Assembly (NCBI GenBank): GCA_963575745.1
Contig: CAUYUJ010000211.1
Span: 1 to 64,000 of the forward strand
Length of the DNA stretch: 64,000 bases
Origin: Prorocentrum cordatum
Taxonomy: Eukaryota
Direction of reading: 5' to 3'
Shown here in pieces: positions 1 through 13,400 of the stretch (position 1 is the first letter of the stretch; each line of letters starts with the position of its first letter). Position numbers and translations under genes: made by a program. The notes below the pieces were generated by a model that saw nothing but the letters and a program-made list of their open reading frames with translations, searched no databases and was not told the origin of the DNA.

Positions 1-487
1 CCCGAGGCCGCCCCGCCGCCGCCCGGCGGCGCGTCGCCCTCAGGGCTTGGCCCGTCGCCGCCAGCCGCCTGCCGCCTGGGCGGCCGCCGCCGCAGCAGCC
101 GTGTTTTCGGCCGCCGCCGCCGCCGCCGTCGCTGGCTGCCGTCCGCGGAGCGTCGGGCCCGCAGCGGCCAGGCCCTCTTGCCAGCCGCGCCGGGCTTGGC
201 CGCCAGCGCCTGCAGCCGCTTCCCGCCGGCGCCGGCCGCGGCGGCGGAGCCTGCTGCCGTTGCTCGCCCCCCCCCTCCGGTCCGCCGCGGGCTGGCCAGC
301 CAGGTTCCTAGGCCCCAGTGGCGGGCCCGCGCCTGCCGAAGGCGCGCCGCCGCCAGCGCGAGGGGCTTGGGAGTCCGCCAGAGCCCGCGGCCAGAGCATG
401 CCGTTTTCGCACGCGCCGACTTCGGCACTGTAGCTGATGAAGACGCTCGGCTCTGGCTTCGGATCCCGGGTCGCCCGGGAAACCGCC

Positions 488-3420
488 TCAGTCCGCGTCG
501 ACAGCATGCCCTTCTCGCTCGCGCCGAGTCCGGCATTGCAGCTGATGGCACCTAGCGCGGTTACCTTCGGCCCCCTGTCGCTGAGTAGCGGCAGTGCCCG
601 CTGCCACTGAGCGCTCTTCGGGCACGCACCGACCCCAGCGCTGTAGCTGATTACGTCTGGCACCAGCTTCGCATCCCACATCGCGCTGAGCAGCGCCAGA
701 GCCCGTTGCCGCTGATCGCCCTTCTCACATGTGCTGATCCCGGCGTTGTAGCTGATCACGTTGGGCCGCAGCTTTGATTCCCGCTGCTCCTGATCGCTCG
801 TCGCGCCTTCCAGGATCCCTGCGCTGTAGCTGATTACGTCGGGTACCAGCTTCGCATCCCGCATCTCGTTGGGCAGCGCCAGTGCCTGCTGCCACTGTCT
901 CCTCCTCTCGCACGTATTGATACTGGCATTGAAGCTGATGACGTTGGGCTGCTACTGTGATTCCCGCATCTCGCGGGGCCGCGTCCGGGCCCGCTGCCGC
1001 TGCCCGCCGCTCCCACATGCGTTGATCCCAGCGCTGTACCTGATTGCGTCGGGCTCCAGCTTCGCATCCCACATCTCTCCGAGCGGCGCCAGAGCCCACT
1101 GCCACTGCTCGCCCTTCGTGTAGGCTCTGATCTCAGCATTGGAGCTAATGACGTCGGGCCCCTGCTTCGCATCCCGCATCGAACTGAACGGCGCCAAAGC
1201 CTGTTACAACTGCCCCCTCTTCTCGCATGCGCTGACCCCAGCGTTGTAGCTGATGGCGTCTGGCTCCAGCCTCGCGTCCACCGTCTCGGCGAGCAGCGCT
1301 ATCAGTGGGCGAGCCTGCTGCCACTGCTCGCCGTTCGTACACGCTCTGATCCCAGGGCTGATCCCAGAGTTGTAGCTGATGGCATCTGGCTCCGACCTCA
1401 CTTCCCATATCTCGCAGAGCAGCGATCGAGCCCGCTGCCACTGCTCGCCTTTCGTGCACGCGCTGATCCCAGAGCTGTAGCTGATGACATTCGGCTCCGA
1501 TCTCGCTTCCCACATCCCGCTGAGCAGTGATAGAGCCCGCTGCCACTGCTCGTCTTTCGCGCACGCGCTGATCCCAGAGCTATAGCTGATGGCATCTGGC
1601 TCCACCTTCGCCTCCCGCATCTCGCTGGGCAGTGAGAGAGCCCGTTGCCACTGCTCGCCTCTCGCGCATGCGCTGATCCCAGAGCTGTAGCTGATGACAC
1701 TTGGCTCCACCTTCGCCTCCCACATCTCGCTGATCAGCGGGAGAGCCTGCTGCCACTGCTCGCCGTTCGCGCACGCGCTGATCCCAGAGTTGTAGCTGAT
1801 GGCAGCTGGCTCCAACCTCACTTCCCGAATCTCGCAGAGCAGCGATAGAGCCCGCTGCCACTGCTCGCCTTTCGTGCACGAGCTGATCCCAGAGCTGTAG
1901 CTGATGACACTTGGCTCCACCTTCGCCTCCCGCATCTCGCTGAGCAGCGGGAGAGCCTGTTGCCTCTGCTCGCCATTGGTACACGCGCTGGTCCCAGGGC
2001 TGATCCCAGAGTTGTAGCTGATGGCATCTGGCTCCAACCTCACTTCCCACATCTCGCAGAGCAGCGATAGGGCCCGCTGCCACTGCTCGCCTTTCGCGCA
2101 CGCGCTGATCCCAGAGTTGTAGCTGATGACATTCGGCTCCGATCTCACTTCCCGCATCCCTCTGAGCAGTGATAGAGCCCGCTGCCGCTGCTCGTCTTTC
2201 GCGCACGCGCTGATCCCAGAGCTATGGCTGATGGCATCTGGCTCCACCTTCGCCTCCCGCATCTGGCTGGGCAGTGAGAGAGCCCGCTGCCACTGCTCGC
2301 CTCTCGCGCATGCGCTGATCCCAGAGCTGTAGCTGATGACACTTGGCTCCACCTTTGCCTCCCACATCTCGCTGAGCAGTGGGAGAGCCTGCTGCCACTG
2401 CTCGCCGTTCGCGCACGCGCTGATCCCAGAGTTGTAGCTGATGGCATCTGGCTCTAACCTCACCTCCCGAATCTCGCAGAGCAGCGATAGTGCCCGCTGC
2501 CACTGCTCGCCTTTCGTGCACGCGTTGATCCCAGAGCTGTAGCTGATGACGCTTGGCTCCACTTTCGCCTCCCAAATCTCGCAGAGCAGCGATTGAGCCC
2601 GCTGCCACTGCTCGCCGTTCGTACACGCGCTGGTCCCAGGGCTGATCCCAGAGTTGTAGCTGATGGCATCTGGCTCCAACCTCACTTCCCACATCTCGCA
2701 GAGCAGCGATAGAGCCCGCTGCCACTACTCGCCTTTCGCGCACGCGCTGATCCCAGAGCTGTAGCTGATGGCATCTGGCTCCACCTTCGCGTCCCGCATC
2801 TCGCTGGGCAGTGAGAGAGCCTGCTGCCACTGCTCGCCGTTCGCATACGCGCTGATCCCAGGGCTGTATCTGATCCCAATCGGCTCCAACCTCACTTCCC
2901 ACATCCCGCTGAGCAGTGATAGAGCCCGTTGCCACTGCTCGTCTTTCGCGCAGGTGCTGATCCTAAAGCTATAGCTGATGTCGCTTGGCTCCACCTTCGC
3001 CTCCCGCATCTCGCTGGGCAGTGAGAGAGCCCGCTGCCACTGTTCGCCTCTCGCGCATGCGCTGATCGCAGAGCTGTAGCTGATGACGCTTGGCTCCGCC
3101 ATCACCTCCCGTCTTCCTCCTCCTCCTCCTCCTCCTCCACGTCCTGACTCCCTGGCTCGCTGCCACTGCCCGCTGACGTCGAGCGCGATTATCTTCGCCT
3201 CCTCCTCCTCCTCCTCGACCTGGTCCTGCTCGTCCGCTGCCTTCTCCTCCTCTTCTATCTCCTCCTCTGCCGCCTCGCTCTCCTCCCTGGCTCGCTGCCA
3301 CTGCCGCTGCCCATTTTTCGCACGTGCGCTGGCCCCAGCGATGCAACTGATGACGTTGGGCCCCAGTTTGGGAATCAGCAGCGCCATAGCCTGCTGCCAC
3401 TGCTCTCTTGCCTCGCAGGC
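488..3420 (-). pseudogene. Degenerate pentatricopeptide-repeat (PPR) array, more than 20 35-aa units
   Basis: 105-bp units encode EPDAISYNSGISACANGEQWQQALPLLSEMWEAKV-like repeats. ORFs 2725..4662 and 1204..2694 share a frame and are split by CAG>TAG (2725-2727). There is another stop at 1204-1206 and frameshifts below 1200. Confidence 0.85.
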
Positions 3421-3699
3421 GCGGCTGGGTCTGGACTCCAGGCGGGGGTGGGGCGGGCGGGGGACGGAGGACGAGGGGGCGAGGGGCACGAGCCGGGCCC
3501 GAACGGCGAGGGGCGAACGACGCGGGGGCAGGGGGCGAACGAGACGGGACCGAGACGAGGGGACAGAGGCCGAGGGAAAGGCGAGGGGAAGGGGCGGTGG
3601 GCGTCGTCGGCGCGCGTCGTCGTGCAGGTGCGCGTCGTTGCTGCTGGTCGTTGCAGGTGGTGCCCGTCGTTGCTGGGGGTCGTGTTGCCGGTCGGAATT

Positions 3700-5578
3700 G
3701 GTGCTGGTCGCAGTCGTGGTGGTGCTGCTGCTGGTCGTGGTCGTGTTGGTGGTGCTGCTGCTGGTTGCGGTCGTGGTAGTTCTGCTGCTGGTCGCAGTCG
3801 TGGTGCTGCGAGTCGTAGTCGTGGTGGTGTTGGTGGTCGCAGTCGTGGTGGTGCTGGTTGTGCTGGTGGTGCTGGTCTTGGTGGTGGTGTTGCTGCTGCT
3901 GCTGGTCGCAGTCGTGGTGGTGCTGCTGCTGGTCGCAGTCGTGGTGTTGCTGGTCGCAGTTTTGGAGCTGCTGGTCGCAGTCGTGGTGGTGCTGCGGGTT
4001 GCAGTCGTGGTGGTGGTGCTGGTACTGGTTCTGCGGCTGGTCGCAGTCGTGGCGCTGCTGGTCGCAGTCGTGGTGCTGCTGGTCGCAGTCGTGTTGGTGC
4101 TGCTGGTCGCGGTTGTGGTGGTGCTGCTTGTCGTGGTGGTGCTGGTCGTAGTAGTGGTGGTGCTGCTGGTCGCCGTCGTGGTGGTGCTGGTTGTGCTGGT
4201 GGTGCTGGTGGTGCTGTTGGCCGTGGTGGTGGAGCTGCTGGTGGCAGTCGTGGTGGTGCTGCTGCTGGTCGTGGTCGTGGTGTTGCTGGTGGCAGTCGTA
4301 GTGCTGCTGGTAGCAGTCGTGGTGGTGCTGCTGGTCGCGGTCGAGGTGGTGCTGCTGCTGGTCGTGGTGGTGCTGCTGCTAGTCGCGGTCGTGGTGGTGC
4401 TGGTTGTAGTCGTGGTGGTGCTGCTGGTCGCAGTCGTGGTATTGCTGGTTGTGCTGGTGGTGCTCGTCGTGGTGGTGCTGCTGGTCGCTGTCTCGGTGCT
4501 GCTGCTCCCGGTTGCGGTCGCGGCGCTGCTGGTCGCAGTCGTGGTGCTGCTGGTCGTGGTCGTGGTGGTGCTGCGGGTCGCGGTCGTGGTGGTGGTACTG
4601 CTGGTCGTTGTCGTGTTGGTGCTGGTGGTGCTGCTGGTCGCAGTCGTGGCGCTGTTGGTCACAGTCGTGGGGCTGCTGGTCGCCGTCGTGTTGGTGCTGG
4701 TGGTGCTGCTGGTCGTGGTGGTGCTGCTGATCTCAGTGGTGCTGCTGCTGGTCGCTGTCGTGGTGGTGCTGGTCGTAGTGGTGGTGGTGCTACTGGTCGC
4801 AGTCGTGGTAGTGGTAGTGCTGGTTGTGCTGGTGATGCTGGTCGTGGCGGTGCTGCTGGTCGCAGTCTCGGTACTGCTGCTGCCGGTTGCAGTCGTGGTG
4901 CTGCTGGTCGCTGTCGTGGTGCTGCTGGTCGTGGTCGTGGTCGTGGTGGTGCTTAGGGTCGCTGTCGTGGTGGTGGTGCTGCTGGTCGCAGTCGTGGTGG
5001 TGCTGCTGCTGGTCTCAGTCGTGGTGCTGCTGGTCGCAGTCGTGGTGGTGCTGCTGGTCGTAGTCGTGGTGATGCTGCTGGTCGCAGGCGTCGTGCTGCT
5101 GGTCGCAGTCGTGGTGCTCCTGGTCGTGGTCGTGGTGGTGCTGCGGGTCGCTGTCGTGGTGGTGGTGCTGCTGGTCGCAGGCGTGGCGCTACTGGTCGCG
5201 GTCGTGGGGCTGCTGGTCGCCGTCGTGGTGGTGCTGGCGGTGCTACTGGTCGTGGTGGTGCTGCTGCTGGTTGCAGTCGTGGCGGTGCTGGTCTTAGTCG
5301 TCGTGGTGCTGCTGGTCGCAGTCGTGGTGGTGCTGCTTGTGCTAGTGGTGCTGGTGGTGCTGCTGGTCGTGGTGGTCGTGGTGCTGCTGGTCGTGGTCGT
5401 GGTCGTGGTGGTGCTGCGGGTCGCTGTCGTGGTGGTGCTGCTGGTCGCAGTCGTGGTGGCGCTGCTTCTGGTCGCAGTCGTGGTGCTGCTGGTCGCAGTC
5501 GTGGTGCTGCTGGTCGCAGTCGTGGGGCTACTGGTCGCCGTCGTGGTGGTGCTGGTGGTGCTGCTGGTCGTGGTGGTA
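3700..5578. repeat. Imperfect GTG/CTG/GTC trinucleotide tract; reads as mucin-like TTTATSS on the minus strand
   Basis: Low-complexity tract. The Thr/Ser frame is stop-free and in frame with the PPR ORF. Coding status is unproven. Confidence 0.8.
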
Positions 5579-5579
5579 C

Positions 5580-5799
5580 ATATATGTGTATATATATATA
5601 TGCATATATATATATATATATATATATATTTCCCCTGGTTCCGTTCCCAACTTCTCTCTCTCTCTCTCTCTCTCTCCCCCCCCTTTTGCTTTCCCCTCTC
5701 TCCCTCTCTCTCTCTCTCCCTCTCTATCCTTTTTTTTGTTTATTCTCCTTCTCCTTCTCCTTCTCCTTCTTCTTCTTTTTTTTTTTTATCTCTCTCTCT

Positions 5800-5834
<35 letters not shown>

Positions 5835-6057
5835 CTCTCTCTCGTCTCTCTTTCTCTCTTTCCGTTCTTCCCCTCCTCCTCCCTCCTCCTACTCCTCCTT
5901 CTCCCCCTCTCCTCCTCTTTTCTCTCTCTCTCTCGTCCTATCCTCTCTCTCTCATCTCTATATATATCCTCTCTCTCCCTTCTAGTTTTTTGTTCCTTTT
6001 CCTCTCTCTCTCTCTTTCTCTTTTCATCTCTCTCATATATATATATAATATATATAT
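5580..6057. repeat. Compound (TA)n/(CT)n/poly-T microsatellites
   Basis: Direct reading. Confidence 0.95.
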
Positions 6058-6199
6058 CGGAGGTGGTGGGGGTGAGATCGAGTGGATACGGAGAGTCCCT
6101 TTACGGGAAATCGGTTTCGGTTTCGGTGTCGTGCGTGCCCTGCGCGCACAGGGGGGGGGGGCGGGGAGGCGATCTGTCGTGGGCGGGCGAGATGAAAGT

Positions 6200-6510
6200 C
6201 TCCTGTGGCTGAGGCGCGCCGACCAGCTTGCTCCGTTGTTCTTCCCGGCGGCCGATGGCGCGCGTGGTCCGCCGGTGTCCCCGCTGGTGTCCCGTCGGTG
6301 TCCCTGTGGCTGAGGCGCGGCCGGACCAAATGTGTCTCTTCCGGGCGGCTGGTGGCGCGCGGTGTCCCGCCGGTGTCCCGCTGGTGTCCCGTCGGTGTCC
6401 CTGTGGCTGAGGCGCGGCTGGACCAAATGTGTCTCTTCCGGGCGGCCGGTGTCGCGCGGTGTCCCGCCGGTGTCCCGCTGGTGTCCCGTCGGTGTCCCAT
6501 CGGTGTCCCG
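6200..6510. repeat. Short tandem repeat: GGTGTCCCG units plus a repeated CCTGTGGCTGAGGCGCG..GGACCAAATGTGTCTCTTCCGGGCGGC block
   Basis: Block starts at about 6202 (partial), 6303 and 6400. Confidence 0.8.
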
Positions 6511-6606
6511 ATGATGATTATGATGATTATGATGATTATGATGATGATGATGATGGTGATGATGGCGATGAGGATGAGGATGAGGATGAGGATGAGGATG
6601 ATGATG

Positions 6607-6646
<40 letters not shown>

Positions 6647-6661
6647 CCATGATGATGATGC

Positions 6662-6699
<38 letters not shown>

Positions 6700-6907
6700 G
6701 TGTTGTTGTTGCGGATGATGATGATGATGACGTCGATTGTGAGATCGATTGTGACATCGATAGTGAGGCCGAATGTGAGATCGATTGTGGGATCGATAGT
6801 GAGATCGATTGTGAGATCGATAGTCAGATCGACTGTGGGATGATGATGGTGGTGATGGTGATGATGGTAATGCTGGTGATGATGGTGATGATGGTGATGA
6901 TGATGAC

Positions 6908-6968
<61 letters not shown>

Positions 6969-7115
6969 GCGTCGGTTGTGAGATCGATTGGGAGTTCGAC
7001 TGTGAGATCGATAAGCAGATCGATTGTGCGATGCTGATTGTGATGATGGTGATGATGGTGATGATGGTGATGATGGCCATGATGGTGATGATGATTGTGA
7101 TGATGATGACGACGT

Positions 7116-7150
<35 letters not shown>

Positions 7151-7209
7151 CTAATGCTGAGGATGATGACGATGATGATGATGTTGATGGTGATGTCGAT
7201 GATGATGAC

Positions 7210-7297
<88 letters not shown>

Positions 7298-7572
7298 TTG
7301 ATGGTGATGTCGATGATGATGATGACGACGTCGATTGGGATAGTGAGATCGATAGTGAGGCCGAATGTGAGACCGAATGTGAGATCGACTGTGAGATCGA
7401 TTGTGAGACCGATAGTGAGATCGACAGTGAGACCGAATGTGAGACCGACTGTGAGATCGATTGTGCGGTCGATTGTGAGATCGATAGTGAAATCGGTAGC
7501 GAGATCGATATTGATAACGATAGTGACATCGAATGTGAGATCGATTGTGAGATCGAAAGCGAGATCGATTGA
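6510..7572. repeat. (GAT)n microsatellite with embedded 12-bp GATTGTGAGATC minisatellite
   Basis: 12-bp units at about 6735-6840, 6975-7030 and 7330-7570. Confidence 0.9.
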
Positions 7573-7626
7573 GTGAGACACTGGTTCCCCCTTCTCCCTC
7601 ACCTCCTTATCTCCCGCAGGGTGGTC

Positions 7627-7629
<3 letters not shown>

Positions 7630-7660
<31 letters not shown>

Positions 7661-7889
7661 CTCTCTCTCTCTCTCTCTCTCCCCCTCTCTCTCTTACTTG
7701 TTTATTTCCTCTCCATCTCTCTCGCTCTCCCTCTCTCTCTCTGTGTCTTTTCTCTCTCTCTCTCTCTGGCTTTTTTTTTCATTTCCCCCCCTCTCTCTCT
7801 ATATATATATATATATATATGTATTCCCCTCTCTCTCTCTCTCTCCTCCTCTCTCTCTCCCCCTCTCTCTCTCTCTTCTCTCTCTCTCT

Positions 7890-7941
<52 letters not shown>

Positions 7942-10480
7942 CTTCTCTCTCTCTCTCTCTCTCTCTCTCTTCCCCCCCCCTCCTCCTTCCCTCCCCCCTC
8001 CTTCCCTCCCTCCCCCCCTCCCCTTCCCCCGCCTCCTCCCTCCCTCCCTCTGGTCTCCCTCCCTCCATCCCCACCTCCCTCCCTCCTTCCTTTTCTTTTC
8101 CGTTAGTCGCTCCCTGCCCCCCGCCCCCCCCTCTTTCCCCCCCTCCCTCTCCTCTCTTTCTCCCCTCCCCCCTCCCCCTTTGCCCTCCCATCGCCCCCCT
8201 CTCCCCTTCCCCCCCTCCCCCCCCCTTCCCCTCCCTTCCCTTTCCCTCGCCCCCTTCTCTCCCCCCCCTTCCCCTCCCTTCCCCTCCCTGCCTTCCCCTC
8301 TCGCCCCCTCGCCTCCCGCCCCTTTCCCCCCTCCCCCCCTCGCCCCCCCCTCGGCCGACATGCTAACCTAACCCAACCTAACCTAACCTAGCCTTGCCTG
8401 GCCAGGCTCAGCCCAGCCTAACCCAATCAAGCCTAACTTAACCTATCTTACCTTGCCCTAACCGTACCAAGCCTAACCTAACCGAGCTTGACCTAACCTA
8501 ACGTAGCCAACTCAAACCTAACCTAACCTAGCCGAACCTAACCCAGACTAACCTAACCTAACCCAACCCTGCCACATTTAATCTAACCTAACCTAACCCA
8601 CGGACCCACCTACCCACAGTCCTGCCCGCCCACCTGCCTAGCTACCTACCTACCTACCCACCCACCGTCAAACCAACCAACCAACCAACCGACCAACTTA
8701 CCTACCAACCTGAACACCTACCTATCCACCTGTCTGCCTACCTACCTGCCTACTTGCCCACCTACCTACCTACATACCTCCCTACCCACCTACCTACCTA
8801 CTTACCCACCTGCCCACCTACCCACCCACCCACCTACCTACCTACCTACCTACCTGCCTGCCTACCTACCTACCTACCTACCTACATACCCACTACCTAC
8901 CTACCGACCGACCTATTCTTTTACCCTCCCTACCCACGCACCCACCCACCAACCCACCCACCCGCTCACCCACTTACCTACGTACCTACCGACCGACCTT
9001 CTCACCTACTTGCCTGCCTACCGACCGACCTGCCTACGTACCTACCTACCCACCTACCTACCTACCTGCTTACCTACCTACCTACCTACCTACCTTCTTA
9101 CCTACCTGCTTGCCTGCCGACCTACCGACCGACCGACCTACCTACCTTCCCATTATTCCCACGATTCCTATTTACTTATCCATTTACCGACCTGCCTACC
9201 TGCCTACCTACCTACTCACCCACCCACCTACCTGCGCACCTACCTACGTGCTTACCCATCGACATACCTACCCACCTACCCACCTACCCACCTACTTACC
9301 TACCTACCTACCTACCTACCTACCTACCTACTTACCTACCTACCGACCTATCTACCTACCTACCTACCTACATGTTGACCTACCTACCTACAGACTTACC
9401 CATCTACCCATTTACCCACCCACTCACCCGCCCACCTTCCCACCTACCCACCCACCCACCTACCCACGTACCCACCTACTCACCAACACACCTACCCAGC
9501 TAATTCACCTACCCACCTGCCCACCTTCTCGCTCAGCCACCTACCCACCTAGCGACCCACCCACCCACCCACGTACCTACCTGCCCACCTGCCTACCTAC
9601 CTGCCTACCGACCGGCCGACCGACCGACCAACCGTCCGACCGACCGACAACTTGCCTGCGTATCCACCTACCGCCTACCTGCCTTCCTGCTTGCCTACCT
9701 ACCTACCTACGTACTTACCCACTTACCTACCGGCCCACTCACCCACCCACCCACCCATCCACCCACCTGCCTGCCTGCCTGCCTGCCTGCCTGTCTACCT
9801 ACCTATCTACTTCTCTACTTTCCTACTTACCTACCTTCCCTCCCTCCCTTCTCTACGTTCCCTCCCTCCCTCGCTCCCTCCGTGCCTCCCTGCCTCCCTC
9901 CTTCCTTCCCTCCATCCCTCCTCTCCCTCCCCCTCGTCGTCGTCTCGTCGTCGTCGTCGTCCTCCTCCTCCTCTTCCTCCTCCTCCTTTTCCTTCTCCTC
10001 TCCTCTCCTCTCCTCTCCTCGTCCTCTCCTCTCCTCTCTCCTCTCCTCTCCTCTCCTCTCCTCTCCTCTCCTCTCCTCTCCTCTCCTTCTCTCTCCTCTC
10101 CTCTCCTCTCCTCTTCCTCTCCTCTCCTCTCCTCTCCTCTCCCTCCTCTCTCTCTCTCCTCCTCCTCTCCTCTCCTCCTCTCATCTCCTCTCCTCTCCTC
10201 CCCCTCCTCCTCTTCCTCTTCCTCCCTCCTCCTCCTCCTCCTCCTCCTCCTCCTCCTCCTCCTCCTCCTCCTCCTCCTCCTCCTCCGCCCCCTCGTCCTC
10301 GGCTCCTCGTCCTCTCCCTCCTCCTCCTCCTCCTCGTCCTCGTCCCCCTCCTCCTTCTCCTTCTCTCCTCCTCCTCCTCCTCCTCCTCCTTCTCTCCTCC
10401 TCCTCTCCTCCTCCTCCTCCTCTCCTCCTCCTCCTCCTCCTCCTCCTCCTCCTCCTCCTCCTCCTCTTCCTTTTCCTCCT
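7630..10480. repeat. Compound pyrimidine-rich, (CCTAA)n-like, (CCTA)n and (CCT)n simple repeats
   Basis: CCTAA-like at 8364-8600, CCTA at 8640-9830, CCT/CCTCT at 9960-10480. Confidence 0.9.
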
Positions 10481-12664
10481 TGTCGCGCTGGCCCCCGCGT
10501 CGCACCCGGCGCCCCCCTCCGAGGAGTCTCGGGGCGGATTTCGGCCGGCTTGGCGACGCACTCCGCGGCGCGGGGTGCTCACCTAGGCTTCTGCTAGTCT
10601 TTTCCCCGCCCTCGCCCCCTTTTTTGCCCCTCCTAGGGGCGCCGGCCCTTTTTGCCGCTGCCGGTCTTGTTGCTGCCCCCTGACCGACCGCTCGCGTCGC
10701 TTTCGCCCCTCGAGGGGCGGCGCTGGGGGGCGAGTGGCCCCAACCTCCTCGCCCCCGGCGTTATCTGTCCGAAGGTGGGCAGGGAGGGCTGTGTGAGCAG
10801 TCGGGGCAGGGTGGGATGTGAGAGACCACCGGCATCCCTGAGCCGTCTGCCCCCTCAGAGGGGCATGGCGGTGCGCCTCTGAGGCGCGGGGCCCGGGGGG
10901 CCCGCCGGCTGCGGCCCGCGGCCCGCGGCCCGCGGCCTGCGCCGGCGCGCGGACTCGCGGCTCCGACAGCGCATGACATGAAATGACAGTTTGAAGAGGG
11001 AGTGAAGCTGGAGCCCGAAACGCGGCAGGGCGGTGCCGAGATTCGCGCGTGCGAAATCTGGAAAACTGTGGCAGCGCCCTGTGTCGGTGTTCAGGAAGAT
11101 GTGGGTCACAGCATGGGGCAGCTGGCGGGTCTGCGGGATCGCCTGAGGCGGCCGCCGCAGCTCGAGTCCCAGCTGCTGGGGCGGCCCGGGGCGACGCGAG
11201 CAGCGGCGGCGGGCTCTTGACTGGGAGGGGTGGTGCGGGGGCAAAACAACTCATTTGCTTACTTGGGGCCGCGTTCGACGACGGCAAGAGAGCCAGGGAT
11301 ATGCCGTTGTGGCTGAGCGTGCAGGTATCGTGGCCGCCCCGAAGCCCGGCGGGAGCCAGCAGCTTGCCGAGCGCGCCCGTCGGCCCCCCGAGCACGAGTC
11401 TCGCCGTGTGTGTCTTCGGCTTTCTCTTGGCGGTAGCGCTGGCTTTCCTGGGGACATGCTGTAGCGACGTCGCCGAGGAGTGCAGCTGGGTTGGCGAGGG
11501 GTGCCAAGTGCTGGGCCGCAAGGTGGAGTGCGGGGGAGGCCGTCAGGACCATCGTCCGCTGACAGACTTCGGAGAGGCGCGTCAGTTGCTTGCCCGCCAT
11601 TTGGGTTGGCGCGCCTCCGCGAGAAATCGCGCGGATTCGATTCGGGTCACCAGATCGCCGAGTTTAGGCAAGGGTTCGGCGACCCCCTCAGGGCCTGGAG
11701 CCAGCTCCCTGGAGCTGGGGAGCCGTCTCCAAGCGCGTGGCCGCGCCGTCAGCCCAGGCATTCCCGACGGCGCGCGCATCGCCGTCGCCGGGGCGCCGGG
11801 GCCCGATCGGTGGCCTGCGCGGCGGGCGGCCGCGGCGGCGGAGGAGGCGTGCGAGGGGCCGCGCCGCGGCTGAGTGGGGCCATCCGGTCGCCGTCGCAAG
11901 CTGCGGCGTGACGGCGGAGCCTCTGGGCTGCACTCCGTCGGCTTCGCGGGCGCTCCGGCGCGAAGCGGGGCTGCCTCCGCGACCCGACCGCGTGGCTGGC
12001 GGCGCCGCCCTCTGGGCGTCGGGGCTGAAGTCGGCCGGCGCCGCGAGCGCCCGACGAGCGGGTGGGTCCGCGGCAGACGGAGGGGGCGGGGCCCCAGAGA
12101 CGCCAGGGGGGGGGCGGAGATCCGTGGGGCCGAGGGGCCCCGATTGGCGAAGCGCGCGGAGAGGCGACGCGCGGGGGGGGGCTTTTTAGAAGGCAAGGGG
12201 CCCGAATGAGAATGGCGTTTTTTGTTGTTGTTGTTTTTTGTTTGTGTGTTTTTTGTGTCCAAAAAAACGGCCCTCCTTTGTCAGGTATTCGTTTTGAATA
12301 GGGCGCTGTGGTCTCCGCGTCCTCCTTCCCCCCCTCCCGCCCCCCTCCTCCTGCCCTTGCCTCTTGCTTATTCCCTGCCCTCCTTGGTTGGTTATTCTTT
12401 TTGAATAGAGCACTGCTCGCGCGTTCTTCCTCCTCCTTCCCACCTCCCTCCTCCTGCCTCCTCCTCATCCTCCTTATCCTTCTCCTCCTCCTCGTCCTCC
12501 TCTTCCTCCTCCTCCTTCTCTCTCTCTTTCTCTTTTGTTTGTTCTCTCTCTCTCTCTCTTTCTCTCTTTTTTCTCTCTGTCTCTCTCTGTCTCTCTCTTT
12601 CTCTCTTTCTGTGTGTCCACCTCTATCGCCTCTTGTCTTGTGTCTCTCTTGCACTTGTGTCTGC

Positions 12665-13400
12665 CGTGTCGCCATCCCTGGGGGGGCTGCGATCTGCGAA
12701 ATTGTCGCTCGATGACTGCGATCGGGACAGCAAAGTGGGCATTCACCGCAAATTCAATATACACGTCGCCATCCCTGGCGGGTGCGATGTGCGCAACTGT
12801 CGTCACTTTCGAGGGCTGCTGGATGGGCCACCATAGTGGGTATAGGCCGCAGATTCAAATTAGACCTCGCCATCCCGTGGAGGCTGCGATCTGCGAAGCT
12901 GTCGTCACCTTCGCGGGCTGCCGGAGGGCCAGTATAGTGGGTATGTGCTGCAGTTTCGAACTACGTAGATCTGACCATCTCTGGGGGGCTGCGATATGTG
13001 AAACCGTCGCCAGCTTGTCGCAAACTCAAATTCGACCTCGCCAACCCTGGGGGGCTGTCACTCTCGAGGGCTGGGGGGGGCAGCATGGTGGGTACTTGCC
13101 GCAGATTCGAATTCAGCCTCGCCACCTCTGGGGGGCTGCGATATGTGAAATCGTCGCCAGTTTCGAGGGCAGCTGGGGGGCCAGCATAGTGGGTTCTTGC
13201 CGCAGATTCGAATTAGACCTCGTCATCCCTAGGGTGCTGCGATGTGCCAATGTGTCGCCGCTTCCGAGGGCTGCTGGGGGGACCAGCATAAAAAGGGGGT
13301 TACTTGCCGTAGATTCAAATCGGACCTCGCCCTCCTCGGGGGGCTGCGATGTGCGAAACGGTTGCCACTTTCGATGGCTGCTGGGGTGGCCAGCATAGTA
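12665..13400. repeat. Degenerate ~100-bp tandem repeat, about 7-8 units
   Basis: Recurring GCCATCCCTGGGGGGCTGCGAT.TGCGAAA..GTCG...GAGGGCTGCTGGGGGCCAGCATAGTGGG...GCAGATTCGAATT. Confidence 0.8.

Noticed and set aside
3083..6313. 1076-aa Val/Leu ORF and the many poly-M/D/I/P/E/R ORFs across the window
   Set aside because: Translations of simple repeats that lack stop codons by construction
8364..8600. (CCTAA)n as a telomere; also TTTAGGGTTTAG near 24012
   Set aside because: Degenerate, internal, and grades into other CCTA microsatellites; the second is under two units
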